NCBI GenBank assembly: GCA_965203355.1
Contig: OZ241889.1
Coordinates: forward strand, 512,001-576,000
Direction: 5' to 3'
From: Candidatus Latescibacterota bacterium
GTDB lineage: Bacteria > Latescibacterota > UBA2968 > UBA8231
DNA length: 64,000 nucleotides
Position numbers and translations under genes: made by a program. The notes below the pieces were generated by a model. It was not told where the DNA came from. It did no database searches and worked only from the letters and a program-made list of their open reading frames with translations. Positions 9,385 through 19,589 of this stretch are shown here, piece by piece; position 1 is the first letter of the stretch; each line of letters starts with the position of its first letter.

Positions 9385-11730
9385 CTAATATACTACCGAG
9401 AGCGCACCCGCGTACGTCCCCGATCCCGACTCCGCCCCCAAATCGAGGCGGTAGAGATACAGGCCCGGCGCGACTAAGGCTCCCGATGCGTCGCGCACCG
9501 TCCACGTGAAGCGGTGGCCTGTTGCGGTCGGCGTGGACGCGACCGCAGCGACTTGGCGTCCCGCTAGGTCGTAGAGCGCGAGCGTGGGAGTCGCTGCGTC
9601 TAGCTTGAAGACCACAAAGCGCATATCGAGCGCGTCGTTGACCCCGTCGCCGTTAGGCGTGATCACGGGCGAGGCCAGTTCCAATGCGTCGATGAGTTGG
9701 CCGCGCTCGGCTAGCTCGGGTAGCATTACTACCTGAGAGCGACGCTCGGCTGGCTCAACCGACTGCCAGAGACCGGGCCGCTCGCTCAGCCCAAGGTCGA
9801 GGGGAAAAACCGTGGCGTTGTGCAAAACTCGCGTCGTAAAACCCACCCGTATCGAGTCCTCGGTCACGATGCGCGGCAGGGCGACTAGCAGCGAGTCGCC
9901 CCGCTGCTCAACGCGAGCAGGTTCGACCGGCGCGGAGCCGATGTGTAGCTCGAGGTCCTCGGCGTCAATTCGGCCCGGCACGGTAAAGCGCAACAGGTCG
10001 AAACCCGAATCCTCAGCCGCCATCTGCGGCCAAAGCGTATAGGTGAAACGGATGTCTTCGTTGGGGATGGCTTGGCGCGGCTCAATGCGACCCACCGCAC
10101 CCTGCAACAGCGCTTCCTCAAACTCGACCGACAGCGAATGGACCACCGGTGCCGCGCTGGGGTCATCGGTGGAGAGGATCATCTCCAGCAGGATGAAGCG
10201 GCGCGGGCTTTCCGACTGAAACGCCTCGCCCGAAAACTGATAGACATTGCTCCATTCGCCCCAATCCTCGCCCACCACGAGCGTCGTATCGACCGGACCG
10301 CGCAGCACCTTGGGCGAACTCTTCCATTTCTCCTCGGTGACCTGTTCGCCGATCTTGTTGTAAAATGTATAGACCGGCTCCAGCGAGTTGCCCGAGCGCG
10401 AGCGCAGTTGCAGGCGCGTACCCGCGGCCAACTCGGCATCCCAAGAGAGGTTTTTGATGACTTTTGGACGCCCGTCGCCCGAGGTTTGTCCTAAGTCAAT
10501 GAAGTCCGAGTGCAAGACCACTTCGGCGGGATAACCCGGCGAGAAAAGCATGAACTCGGCCCATTTGACGATGCCCCAACCAGTGTCCTTAATGCCGTGC
10601 CAGAAGAAGTAGCGCATCTTGCGCGGCTTGAACACATAGCGAATGTAAAGCAAGCGGTCGGCATTGGGATTGATGTGGGTTAGGAGCGCTGTGTAGTCAA
10701 ACGCATCGGGCACCGGCAGATTGGAACTAAGACTGCGGGTGCCGTCTGAATAGAGCACGGTATGACCCGGGCCAGTGCCATTGATCGAGAAGCCCACTAA
10801 ACCCTCGTCGGGCCGAAAAGAATAGAGAAAGAACTCATCAACGAAGAACACGGCCCCCAAATCCACCCCGAACCACACCCCACCCTCCTTCCAGCCGAGG
10901 CTACCATACGAAGAGCCGATGAGGTTGTTGGTGTTCATGTCGGCGTCGAAGAGATTTTGCGGATCGACTGAGTTGCCTCCGTTGACAAAGCGGCCTCGCT
11001 GCATGGTGCCAATGCTGATATTGTCGCCGATGCCGCGGACTTCGATTTCGGCCAAGGCTGCGTCCGGGGTTTTCTCTTCGGCCTCAATGCGGATGCGCTG
11101 GATCACCCGATAGTTGTTTTTGGCCACCGGGTCAATATCCAAGCCCTCGTCGAGTTGAAACACACTGTCGCGGGCGGTAAACCCGAGGGGGACGGCGATT
11201 TCGCGGGCCGCATTGGGTCGGGTCGTGCGGAAGAGCGGCTCCAGCAGCACCAAGTCGTCTTGCACCGAGATGCGGGTCCCCGTGCTGCCGTACACGGTAA
11301 ACTGGCGGAAGGGACGTGCGCCCTCCTCATCGGGAAAAACGAGGCGTATTTCCCGGGCCAGCACGGCGCGGCCCAAGTCTATCTCAATGGCCCAGTCTTC
11401 GACGGCGTCCGCCGGGTCTGGACGCCAGAAGGTCTGGGGATCTCCGTCGATGATGTACTCTGCATCGGCTGGATTGGAAACCGCCTCCCAGATGCCGCCC
11501 GCAACTCGCCCGCGACTCTTGCTATCGTAGGAGAAGAGATGGGCATCAGCGACGGCGTTGATGTCCTTGCGGAACTTGACGAGCTGCAACTGGCCGTTCT
11601 CGCCCACTTTGGTTAGGCCGCGAGGCACCTGCCAAGTAGCCCAGGCATCTTGCCCTTGGAAGGTCAGGGTTTCGCTGCTGGCAGCCATGGCGACAACCGC
11701 GACGCAGACAAACGGCAAAAGAAATCGCAT
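9385..11730 (-). CDS. Secreted protein with discoidin-like N-terminal segment and C-terminal FlgD Ig-like domain
   Basis: Signal peptide; IDGDPQTFW...IDLGR; C-terminal ITPNGDGVND...LYDLAGRQV...VAPGLYLYRL. Confidence 0.75.
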   Translation of the reverse strand: MRFLLPFVCVAVVAMAASSETLTFQGQDAWATWQVPRGLTKVGENGQLQLVKFRKDINAVADAHLFSYDSKSRGRVAGGIWEAVSNPADAEYIIDGDPQTFWRPDPADAVEDWAIEIDLGRAVLAREIRLVFPDEEGARPFRQFTVYGSTGTRISVQDDLVLLEPLFRTTRPNAAREIAVPLGFTARDSVFQLDEGLDIDPVAKNNYRVIQRIRIEAEEKTPDAALAEIEVRGIGDNISIGTMQRGRFVNGGNSVDPQNLFDADMNTNNLIGSSYGSLGWKEGGVWFGVDLGAVFFVDEFFLYSFRPDEGLVGFSINGTGPGHTVLYSDGTRSLSSNLPVPDAFDYTALLTHINPNADRLLYIRYVFKPRKMRYFFWHGIKDTGWGIVKWAEFMLFSPGYPAEVVLHSDFIDLGQTSGDGRPKVIKNLSWDAELAAGTRLQLRSRSGNSLEPVYTFYNKIGEQVTEEKWKSSPKVLRGPVDTTLVVGEDWGEWSNVYQFSGEAFQSESPRRFILLEMILSTDDPSAAPVVHSLSVEFEEALLQGAVGRIEPRQAIPNEDIRFTYTLWPQMAAEDSGFDLLRFTVPGRIDAEDLELHIGSAPVEPARVEQRGDSLLVALPRIVTEDSIRVGFTTRVLHNATVFPLDLGLSERPGLWQSVEPAERRSQVVMLPELAERGQLIDALELASPVITPNGDGVNDALDMRFVVFKLDAATPTLALYDLAGRQVAAVASTPTATGHRFTWTVRDASGALVAPGLYLYRLDLGAESGSGTYAGALSVVY

Positions 11731-11742
11731 CGTTTCCCCCCC

Positions 11743-13794
11743 TCAGTACGCTACGCCCACCGGGCGGAGCACCGCGTCAGCACGGCGCTCGGATTGCAGG
11801 CTTACGGAAATTAGGTACACGCCCGGCGGCAGGGCCGTGCCCTGTGCGTTGCGGCCGTCCCAGCGGGCCGTTTGCGGGCCGGCCGTTTGCAAGCCTTGGG
11901 CCACGGTCGCCACATGGCGTCCGTCGAGCGCATAGACCGCCAATTCGACGGGCACTTGTTCTGGCAGGCCGTAGAGGGAATAGGCCACGCGAAGCTCGTC
12001 GTGAACGCCATCGCCATTGGGCGTCAACACCGGCGTTGAAAAGCGCACGTTTTGCACCAAGGCCGGTTGCTGATCGGAACTGCTAAGGACGCGCAGGCTA
12101 TTGGTGGAGAGCAATTCGCTGGCGTCGCCCGAGACGATGGGTTGGGGCAAGGTCTCGACCTCTGAGTCGGCAATGGTGCCCAAGAACGTGGTGGCCAGTT
12201 CAAAAACTTCCGCGGCAAAGACGATCCGCAACGGCGCGTTGTTGGCGCGGGTAACGCGCTCGGGCAATACTACTGTCAGTCCGTCGTCCTCTTCGCGGAC
12301 CGCGGCCGGATCCGTCGCTTGGCCACCGACGAGCAACTCTTTGAACGCAGGCCGGGCCCCCGTTTGGATATGCACTTGGTCGAAGCCGCGCTGATCTCCG
12401 CCGGAGAAGGAGGCCGACAGCTCGTACGCAAACTCGACCGTCTCGCCCAAGGCCACCTCGCCCAATCCATGCACCGGACGCAGATCGGCAAGCGGGGCCA
12501 CTTCGCCGAGGACGCGCGCCGCCAACAGCGGGGCCCGCTCGACCCACAGCGAATCCAAGCGCACAAAATCCGCAAAGCGGATGCTGTGCAAGGTAATGAG
12601 TACCTGTATGAAAGAGCCGCTGTCGAGATTGAGCGGCTGGCCCGGTTGGGTCGTGGGCGTTGACCAGAAGGTCCAGTTGTCGCTGTCGTAGGTAACGGAA
12701 GCCCTCATGCCGGGCCGGGGACTGCGCTGGACGAAATCGCAGGAGGCGCACGTGCGGGCGAATCCGGTGCGGAGCTCGTTCTCGTAGCGGATGCGCGAGA
12801 CGACCTTTTCCTTGCCAGTGACCGTGTATTCGCGATAGACGTTCGGATCGTCGTCGCGCCCCGTGCGAACCTCAATCTCGGCGAAGGCCCGTGCATCGGG
12901 TGCCTCGACCGCTTCGCCAGCGACAAAGCGCATCGGCGTGGCAGTAAAGAACAGCCGACCAAAATTTTGCTCGGCCCCGAGGTCGATAATTTTGGAGCGG
13001 TACGTGGCTCGCTTGGGAAAGCCCTCACCATAGATCTCAAACTCGCTGATGGTGCCCAAGAGCGAGCGGGCTTGATTGCCTTGGCCGCCGGATGAGCCGC
13101 TAACGCGGGTCAAGGCCGTCTCATCGATGATGGAGAATTTGCGCGCCCAGCGGAAAAAGCGCGCGTATTGCTGGTCGAAATCAATGCGCACGTCATGCAC
13201 AAAATTTTGCGTCGGCTCGGCGACGATCCTTGCGAGGGGCAGCGGACCTTTGATGGCGAAAATATCGCTGTTTTCCTCTTGGATCGAGACTTGGAAGGCC
13301 GGAGTCGAGTCCGTGTGCAGCGGCGTACCGTCGGCGCGAAAGCCGCCCGAAGGAGTGTGGAAGCCGAAGGTGTGCGCCGGCATAGGCACGGCCAAGTCAA
13401 TCGTGAAAAACTGCTTGTCAATGCCCTCGGCCTTGGAGGAATTGTACGTGGTGCTATCGGCATCGATGAGCGCGACGCCGTTTTCGGTTGGGTCGCCGTT
13501 GCCCTCGTTCCACTTCCAGATGCGAGGTCGCTCGCCGTCGATATAGCCTAATTCTTTGGGCTGGCGAAAGGTCGTCCAGTTGTCGAGCAGGGAAATGATA
13601 TTGACGCCCGGCTCGACGCGCACCGGCTGGATGGCACCAGGGACGCGCTCAAAGTCGATCATAATGCTGACCGTGTCTTGGCCGGCCCAAGGCTGGCTGC
13701 CGCCGAGTTGCCAAGTCGTCACCTCCGCTTTTAGAACGACCGGAACCAGCAGCCCAATGCCAGCGACTAGCGCGAAACGGCGAGTGTTCAGCAT
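11743..13794 (-). CDS. Secreted protein with C-terminal FlgD Ig-like domain (similar architecture to its neighbour)
   Basis: Signal peptide; C-terminal LTPNGDGVHD...VYALDGRHV...WDGRNAQGTALPPGVY. Confidence 0.75.
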   Translation of the reverse strand: MLNTRRFALVAGIGLLVPVVLKAEVTTWQLGGSQPWAGQDTVSIMIDFERVPGAIQPVRVEPGVNIISLLDNWTTFRQPKELGYIDGERPRIWKWNEGNGDPTENGVALIDADSTTYNSSKAEGIDKQFFTIDLAVPMPAHTFGFHTPSGGFRADGTPLHTDSTPAFQVSIQEENSDIFAIKGPLPLARIVAEPTQNFVHDVRIDFDQQYARFFRWARKFSIIDETALTRVSGSSGGQGNQARSLLGTISEFEIYGEGFPKRATYRSKIIDLGAEQNFGRLFFTATPMRFVAGEAVEAPDARAFAEIEVRTGRDDDPNVYREYTVTGKEKVVSRIRYENELRTGFARTCASCDFVQRSPRPGMRASVTYDSDNWTFWSTPTTQPGQPLNLDSGSFIQVLITLHSIRFADFVRLDSLWVERAPLLAARVLGEVAPLADLRPVHGLGEVALGETVEFAYELSASFSGGDQRGFDQVHIQTGARPAFKELLVGGQATDPAAVREEDDGLTVVLPERVTRANNAPLRIVFAAEVFELATTFLGTIADSEVETLPQPIVSGDASELLSTNSLRVLSSSDQQPALVQNVRFSTPVLTPNGDGVHDELRVAYSLYGLPEQVPVELAVYALDGRHVATVAQGLQTAGPQTARWDGRNAQGTALPPGVYLISVSLQSERRADAVLRPVGVAY

Positions 13795-13806
13795 GGTTCT
13801 GCCCTC

Positions 13807-14547
13807 CTAGCGAAAATGCACGTCGGCCGCGTGGGGAGCCCCGGGGCCGCGCTGCATCCTCATTAGCTGACGCTGACGCACGCTCAAGCCATCGTACCAT
13901 TCCGGCGGGAAGCCGTCGTGCGGATCGAGTTGGAATACCAGCATGTGCTTTCTATAGTGGCCGAAGAGGGCGTGGCGATTGCGGTCGCTGGTGTTGGCGC
14001 CGCCGCCATGCCAGCACTGGCCGTTGAAGACGATCACCGAACCGGCTGCGGCTGTGGGCTGCACCTCGTGCCGGACTACAAATCCCTCCGGGGGCGCGGC
14101 GAGGCCGCTCTTATGTGAGCCGGGCACCACGCGAGTGCCGCCGATTTCAGTGCTGAAGTCGTCGAGCATCCACACCGTATTCATCATCACCGGCGTACTC
14201 ATGTTGAGCATATAGGCGGGGATGTCGCTGTGCAGATCTTGGAAGCCGTCGCCGGGGCGGACGATGCGCGAGTTGAGGCTACCCAAAATCAGCGAGGGTT
14301 CGAGAAAGTGTTCGAGAATGGGCAAGACGCGGGGGTGGTCAAGACACGGGTGGAAGATGCGATCCATGACCGGGAGGTTGGCCACGTGGCGCGCCGAGCC
14401 GCGATGCGTGTGTTCGGTGCCGTGCTCTTGTTCGCAGCGGATCAGGGCTTGGCGCATGGCCGCGGTCGCGTCGGCGTCGAGGACGTTTTCGAGCAGGGTG
14501 AAGCCGTAGATTTCGATTTCTTGGACGGCTTGTTCAATTTCGTTCAT
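13807..14547 (-). CDS. Phytanoyl-CoA dioxygenase (PhyH) family Fe/2OG enzyme
   Basis: GFTLLENVL, QDLHSD (HxD), GGTRVVPGSH, WHGGG, RHAL. Confidence 0.9.
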   Translation of the reverse strand: MNEIEQAVQEIEIYGFTLLENVLDADATAAMRQALIRCEQEHGTEHTHRGSARHVANLPVMDRIFHPCLDHPRVLPILEHFLEPSLILGSLNSRIVRPGDGFQDLHSDIPAYMLNMSTPVMMNTVWMLDDFSTEIGGTRVVPGSHKSGLAAPPEGFVVRHEVQPTAAAGSVIVFNGQCWHGGGANTSDRNRHALFGHYRKHMLVFQLDPHDGFPPEWYDGLSVRQRQLMRMQRGPGAPHAADVHFR

Positions 14548-14811
14548 AAGGGAGCTCCTTCACAAAGGCTGTTAAAATAAACCCGCACAGTTTGCTTCGG
14601 CAAATGACCGCTGCTAGCGAATAAGATCGCAGTGGTACAAGCTTTACTCTCGTTAAACGGGTCGTCCCGCTCCGCCTGAACCCCGGCACCTCAAGCCCGA
14701 CCTCAACCGTGCCGCGACAATTGGAGATTGCAAAGTGTACCATTACCAATAAGATCGTACATGTATTGGGGTGTTTTATAGTACCCTTGAAGGGTACACT
14801 GACGGAAAATT

Positions 14812-15639
14812 TCAATCGTCAAATGTAGGTGGTGGATCAAATAAGCTGTATGAGTCAGTTGTTAAAAATGATTCTTTGAGATCGTCCTGTTGTAAGAACC
14901 CTAGTGCTTCATTTACGGACTCAAATTCGTAGACCTTCACTCCGCCTAAGTTGGATATCAATTCTACCAAAACTTTATTGATTTCTCTCTCTTTTGAATC
15001 GTCGAGAATATTATCAATTAATATCTCGAGATTGTCCTTGATAGAATCAATCATCTTGATTCCTATAGATTGTTTTTTTTTGCTGTTCAAATCATTGAAT
15101 TTTTCCCATGCTCTGGTATCTTTTTCATCGTCCGCTTCTTCCCAATTAAAATCAATGTCAAATTCATTTAGTATATCACATATGCGATCAAAGGGAATGA
15201 GAAAAAGATTTATGTCATTACTACGCATCATAGCTAGAGAGGATCCGCTCCAGTTACCAGCTAATATCGCGATGGATTCTATAATACTGTGAAATCTTCG
15301 CCTGATGGCAGAGTGAGCATTGCAGATCCAGATGGCTTTATCTCGATTGTTCTTTTTGTATCTAATATACTTTGATTCAAAAATTATCAGTGGCTGCATG
15401 GTCTGATTAGCTAAAACGCCGTCAATGTTATATAAATTCCCAAAGTTATCTGCTATTAATAGTTTTTTTGGATTCTTACCACTTCTTGTTTTTTTCACAC
15501 CTGATGTCAAATAGTAATAGCCACATTTATCGGCAATATCAATTAACAAACTCTCCAGTGCTTTTTCCATAGAATCACCGATGGCTTCTCCTAATGCGCT
15601 CGCGTGATTCTTAAGATCAATAGTTCTGCGATTCATCAT
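14812..15639 (-). CDS. Putative PD-(D/E)xK restriction endonuclease, orphan, AT-rich
   Basis: NIDGVL...IIFESKYIRYKK nuclease-like motif; composition much more AT-rich than the flanks. Confidence 0.6.
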   Translation of the reverse strand: MMNRRTIDLKNHASALGEAIGDSMEKALESLLIDIADKCGYYYLTSGVKKTRSGKNPKKLLIADNFGNLYNIDGVLANQTMQPLIIFESKYIRYKKNNRDKAIWICNAHSAIRRRFHSIIESIAILAGNWSGSSLAMMRSNDINLFLIPFDRICDILNEFDIDFNWEEADDEKDTRAWEKFNDLNSKKKQSIGIKMIDSIKDNLEILIDNILDDSKEREINKVLVELISNLGGVKVYEFESVNEALGFLQQDDLKESFLTTDSYSLFDPPPTFDD

Positions 15640-15794
15640 TTACTTGTGACGTCTCGCCTATTGGTGAACTTGGCGTTCTGGGTTGTATTGGTCGTCCAAT
15701 CTCGGCGGCTTGTCGCTGTACGGCATTTTCCACATATCACTGAGTAGTTTATGAAAAACCTTCCAACGCGCAAGGAGTCCAACAAAAGCGAATA

Positions 15795-16514
15795 TTACGC
15801 CGGATAGAGCGAACTTGCGATCATGCGTAGGGACAGCAGCGTGACCGCGATCCTGAAGACCGTGCGAAAGCGGCTTTCGGAAACCCGGTCGCGCAAGCGC
15901 GTCCCGCACCACGAGCCAAGTGCCGCCGCGCCAATCATCCCAGCAATGAGCAGCAAGTAGGGCGCAAAGGCAAAGCCGACAAAGCCGAAGACTAGGATTT
16001 TGCACAGGTGAGTGACGGTCATTACTGTGCCGTGGGTAATGACCAACCGGTCCTTGGGCAAACCCGCGCTGGCTAAGAAGGCACCGGTCAGGGGACCAGC
16101 GACGCCGACGAAGAGGGCGAGGAAGGTCTGGAGAGCACCGAAAATGGCAAAGTGGCCGGGGAGGCGAAAAGCGCGGCTGGGCACGGGAATCCAGATGACG
16201 AGGAGGATGAAGACGCCCAAGTACAGAGGCAAACCAGCAAAGCTAAAGTCGCCGACGACCTGTGCCCCGGCGATCGCGCCGAGGAACGCACCGCCCGCAA
16301 AAGGCCAAAAGATGCGCCACTCAATGTGCCGCAGGCCAAAGAATACGCGACTCGCGTTGGAGGCGAGCTGCACGGCACCGTGGACGGGGATGATGGCCGC
16401 CGCGGGCAGCAAGCCCGGCATGACCGATAGCAGCGCAATGCCGCCGCCCACGCCGATGATGGCGGTAAAGGTCGAAGTCAGGAAAGAGACGCCGATTAAA
16501 AAAAAAGAATCCAT
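15795..16514 (-). CDS. Sulfite exporter TauE/SafE family protein
   Basis: IGVGGG, IPVHGAVQL, GVAGPL, about 8 TM helices. Confidence 0.85.
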   Translation of the reverse strand: MDSFFLIGVSFLTSTFTAIIGVGGGIALLSVMPGLLPAAAIIPVHGAVQLASNASRVFFGLRHIEWRIFWPFAGGAFLGAIAGAQVVGDFSFAGLPLYLGVFILLVIWIPVPSRAFRLPGHFAIFGALQTFLALFVGVAGPLTGAFLASAGLPKDRLVITHGTVMTVTHLCKILVFGFVGFAFAPYLLLIAGMIGAAALGSWCGTRLRDRVSESRFRTVFRIAVTLLSLRMIASSLYPA

Positions 16515-17540
16515 TCAGTCGGCGAGCACTTCTTGGGCATAGGCGAACAGGGCGGGGTTGCCGCCCGTGTGTAGGAAGATCGCCTCGCCATCGAGCCGAC
16601 CGTCGCAGGCGTGGACAAAAAGGCCGGCGAGGGCCTTGCTGGTGTACACAGGATCGAGGAGAATGCCTTCCTTGCGCGCCAAAGTGCGCAAGGCGTCCAA
16701 GCCAGCAGGCGTAGGAATGCCGTACCCCTCGCCGACAAAGGAATCGTCGTTATCAAAGTCGGCGGCGTTCATCGCAACGTCGAGGCCGAGGCGGCGAGCG
16801 GCTTGGTTGGCCAAGGCGGCCATGTCCTCGTGGCGGCCGTCGGCACCGGGGAAAGGACAGAAGCCGCGCACTTGAATCGGCGACTCGATATAGGCCAGGC
16901 CCAAAGCTACGCCGGCTTGCGTGGTGTCGAGAGCGGAGAGGTAGAGGTAGGATGGGTTGATGCCTTGCTCTTGGCATTGGCGGGCAAGCTCTACACCCAC
17001 TTCGGCATAGGCGACGACGTCGAGATCAATCGCATCTTCGCGGCGCGGCCAGTACGCGTTTTTGCCCTGTGCGGAAAGCTCCGCGACCTTGGCTTGGAGG
17101 GCGTTTTGTTGGCCGCGCCGATCGCCTTCCGCCAAGACGGTGATCCGTGCGCCGAGCAAGTGCTGTAGCAGGTTGTTGCCTTGCGATTCGGTTCGGTCCA
17201 TTGCGCGAACTGGGCGGAGGATCAGGTGTAGCTCCAAGTCTAGTTTGGCGCAGGCCGCGGCGAGTTGGCGGCAGTAGTTGGACTGCACCGCCGCGCCCGA
17301 GACGATGGTGTCGGCCCCTTTGGCCAAGGCATCGGCCAAGGAAAACTCGAACATCCGCGTCTTGTTGCCGCCAAACGCCAAACCGGTCAGGTCGTCGCGC
17401 TTGATGTAGAGCGCTGGGCTGTCGAGATGAGCGGTTAGGCGCGGCAGCGGCTCCAGCGGGGTCGGGCGGATGGAGGCTAGCTGGACGCGGGGCAACTTAG
17501 CAATGGCTGCGGTGAGGGCGTTCGCTTTTACAGCGTTCAT
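16515..17540 (-). CDS. D-cysteine desulfhydrase / ACC deaminase family PLP enzyme
   Basis: PTPL, KRDDLTGLAFGGNKTR, QSNY, LDPVYTSKA, HTGG; start MNAVK at 17540. Confidence 0.9.
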   Translation of the reverse strand: MNAVKANALTAAIAKLPRVQLASIRPTPLEPLPRLTAHLDSPALYIKRDDLTGLAFGGNKTRMFEFSLADALAKGADTIVSGAAVQSNYCRQLAAACAKLDLELHLILRPVRAMDRTESQGNNLLQHLLGARITVLAEGDRRGQQNALQAKVAELSAQGKNAYWPRREDAIDLDVVAYAEVGVELARQCQEQGINPSYLYLSALDTTQAGVALGLAYIESPIQVRGFCPFPGADGRHEDMAALANQAARRLGLDVAMNAADFDNDDSFVGEGYGIPTPAGLDALRTLARKEGILLDPVYTSKALAGLFVHACDGRLDGEAIFLHTGGNPALFAYAQEVLAD

Positions 17541-18631
17541 ATCGAGTATTCCTTTGGCCAACCTTGGGGCGGCAGTTGGGAGAGGTTGTTTTGGCGGTGG
17601 CACTCTTCGATAACGGCCACTTGGACGCGCACTTGCTGCGGCGTAATCTCGGGTTCGGCTCCCCCGCGCAGCACGGCGAATACGCCACCGTAATAGGCGT
17701 TGGACATATAGGCAAATGCGTTTTGCTCGGCCTTGTTCGGGGCCCAAGACCGCTCAATCATTTTCAGCTCCTCGCGGCAATAGCTCGGGCCGGGCAGCGG
17801 GCTGCGGACGAGCGATTGCTCGGGTGCTGTTTGTGGATCGTAGTAGCGCCAAGCCAACCCCGCCGGGCCACCCGAGAGTCCACCGCGCTCGCCGTGGACG
17901 GTGTACATGGGCTGCGGGAAAGTAGTGCAGGAGGAGATTTCCACGTCAATGACGGGTTTGTCGTGGGTGCGCAGCAGAATTTTGACGTAGTCCTCAGCAT
18001 CGCCAAAGGTGTTTGCGCGATCCATGGCGCAGAGGATTTGGCCCGGCATGTTGAAGTCGAGCAGGCGCATGGCCTGATCCATCGGGTGCGGGCCGGTGTT
18101 GAGCAGGTTGCCGCCCCGATATTCCTGCACGGTCTGCCAGTCCCAGCGGCGGGCGAAGCCGCTGAAGGAGATCGAGATCTGGACGATGCGGCCGAGGACG
18201 CCCGATTCGATGACTTGGAGCATCTTTTGGAATTGGGGCGCATGGCGCGACTGCTGGAAGGGCAGGAGCAAGCGAGCGGCCTTGTGGGCGGCGGCAATCA
18301 TGGTGTCGAGTTCGACCACGCTCCAAGCGAGCGGTTTTTCGCAGATGGTGTGGTGGCCGGCACTAAGAGAATCAATGGTGGCTTGAGGATGGAGATGGCT
18401 GGGCAGGGCATTGACGACCAATTCGATGTCACCGCGCACAAGGAGGTCGCGGTAGTCGGCGTATGCGCGGCAGCCCATTTCGCTTTGGGCGCGCTGACGG
18501 CGGTCTTCAAGGAGGTCGGCGACAGCGACGATTTGGTATTTGTGCGGGGCGGTCTTGAAGTAGCGGCAGTGGATGTCGAGGCCGGAGCGGCCTTGGCCGA
18601 GCACGGCGACGCGGATGGGTTCTTTTTTCAT
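17537..18631 (-). CDS. Gfo/Idh/MocA family oxidoreductase
   Basis: VAVLGQGRSG, CEKP, GGNLLNTGPH. Confidence 0.9.
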   Translation of the reverse strand: MKKEPIRVAVLGQGRSGLDIHCRYFKTAPHKYQIVAVADLLEDRRQRAQSEMGCRAYADYRDLLVRGDIELVVNALPSHLHPQATIDSLSAGHHTICEKPLAWSVVELDTMIAAAHKAARLLLPFQQSRHAPQFQKMLQVIESGVLGRIVQISISFSGFARRWDWQTVQEYRGGNLLNTGPHPMDQAMRLLDFNMPGQILCAMDRANTFGDAEDYVKILLRTHDKPVIDVEISSCTTFPQPMYTVHGERGGLSGGPAGLAWRYYDPQTAPEQSLVRSPLPGPSYCREELKMIERSWAPNKAEQNAFAYMSNAYYGGVFAVLRGGAEPEITPQQVRVQVAVIEECHRQNNLSQLPPQGWPKEYSI

Positions 18632-18764
18632 AGGCAAGATAAGTGGCTCCGCAAAGGGGATGGGCGTTTATGTTGTGGGTTGAGAGGCAGGGTGTCAAGG
18701 GTTTGTGAAGGGGGATTGAGATGCGTAGTTTACGTGGCCACAGAGCAGGATAGCGAAAGAAAAC

Positions 18765-19577
18765 ATGAAGCACGTTCGTCTCAACGAATTGGCCCAAGAG
18801 GGAGGGCCGATCTTTGCGGGGTTGCAGCGACAGACGCCGTGGTCGGCATTCGACTATTGGGTGTTGGCACCAAGGGAAATGCGCTCGGTGGCAGGTACAG
18901 GAATGCCTTGTGAACAGGGTTATGTGTTTATGGACGGGCCGGTGGCGTTGACCGTGGGACAGCGGCGCGCAGAAAGCGGCGAAGGGCCTGGCTTTATCGT
19001 CGAACCTACCGGGTGCGCGCACAAACTGAAAAACTTGACCGACATGCCGGTGCAAGTGCTACGCGTACGCGTCGCGATGGACGTTGACGCAGAGACGCAA
19101 CAACGTCTAGCCGACCGCTTTTGGCAAGGGTTGGGTAGCAAAACGGACGCGATGCAGGATTTACCTCTCCTCAGTGGGACTTTTGACGAACAAGCCTTAG
19201 AGTGGCGCGACGCAATTCACGGCGGCTGCGGGCAGATCGCCACTCGGCACGCGCTCTCACCCGATGACTTCTACAGCGACTGGACCTTTCTCGATCATGC
19301 AATTCTCGACGCGGACGGCTCGGTGGGGTATCACTATCACGACTTTCTCGAAGAGAGCTTTGTGGTGCTGAAGGGACAAGGGCTGATGACTATTGCCGAC
19401 GAAACCTTTGCCGTGGGGCCGGGGTCGGTTACTTGGCAGGGCATTGGGCAAGGGCACGGCATCTACAACTCCGGGCCGGAAAAGCTGGAGTTTGTGCGCA
19501 TCGCCGTGAAACAAGCATCCGCGAAATACACTACCATCGACTTGCACGACGATTTGTCGGCACACCAACCGACTTGA
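18765..19577 (+). CDS. Cupin domain protein (bicupin-like)
   Basis: GYHYHDFLEESF...GHGIYN cupin motifs; degenerate N-terminal cupin. Confidence 0.75.
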   Translation: MKHVRLNELAQEGGPIFAGLQRQTPWSAFDYWVLAPREMRSVAGTGMPCEQGYVFMDGPVALTVGQRRAESGEGPGFIVEPTGCAHKLKNLTDMPVQVLRVRVAMDVDAETQQRLADRFWQGLGSKTDAMQDLPLLSGTFDEQALEWRDAIHGGCGQIATRHALSPDDFYSDWTFLDHAILDADGSVGYHYHDFLEESFVVLKGQGLMTIADETFAVGPGSVTWQGIGQGHGIYNSGPEKLEFVRIAVKQASAKYTTIDLHDDLSAHQPT

Positions 19578-19589
19578 GGAAGGAAAACC

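Noticed and set aside
14560-14811. Short repeats (AATAAGATCG twice) and palindrome GTACCCTT-G-AAGGGTAC beside the orphan nuclease as element ends
   Set aside because: Too short, and no matching counterpart was found on the other side of the gene
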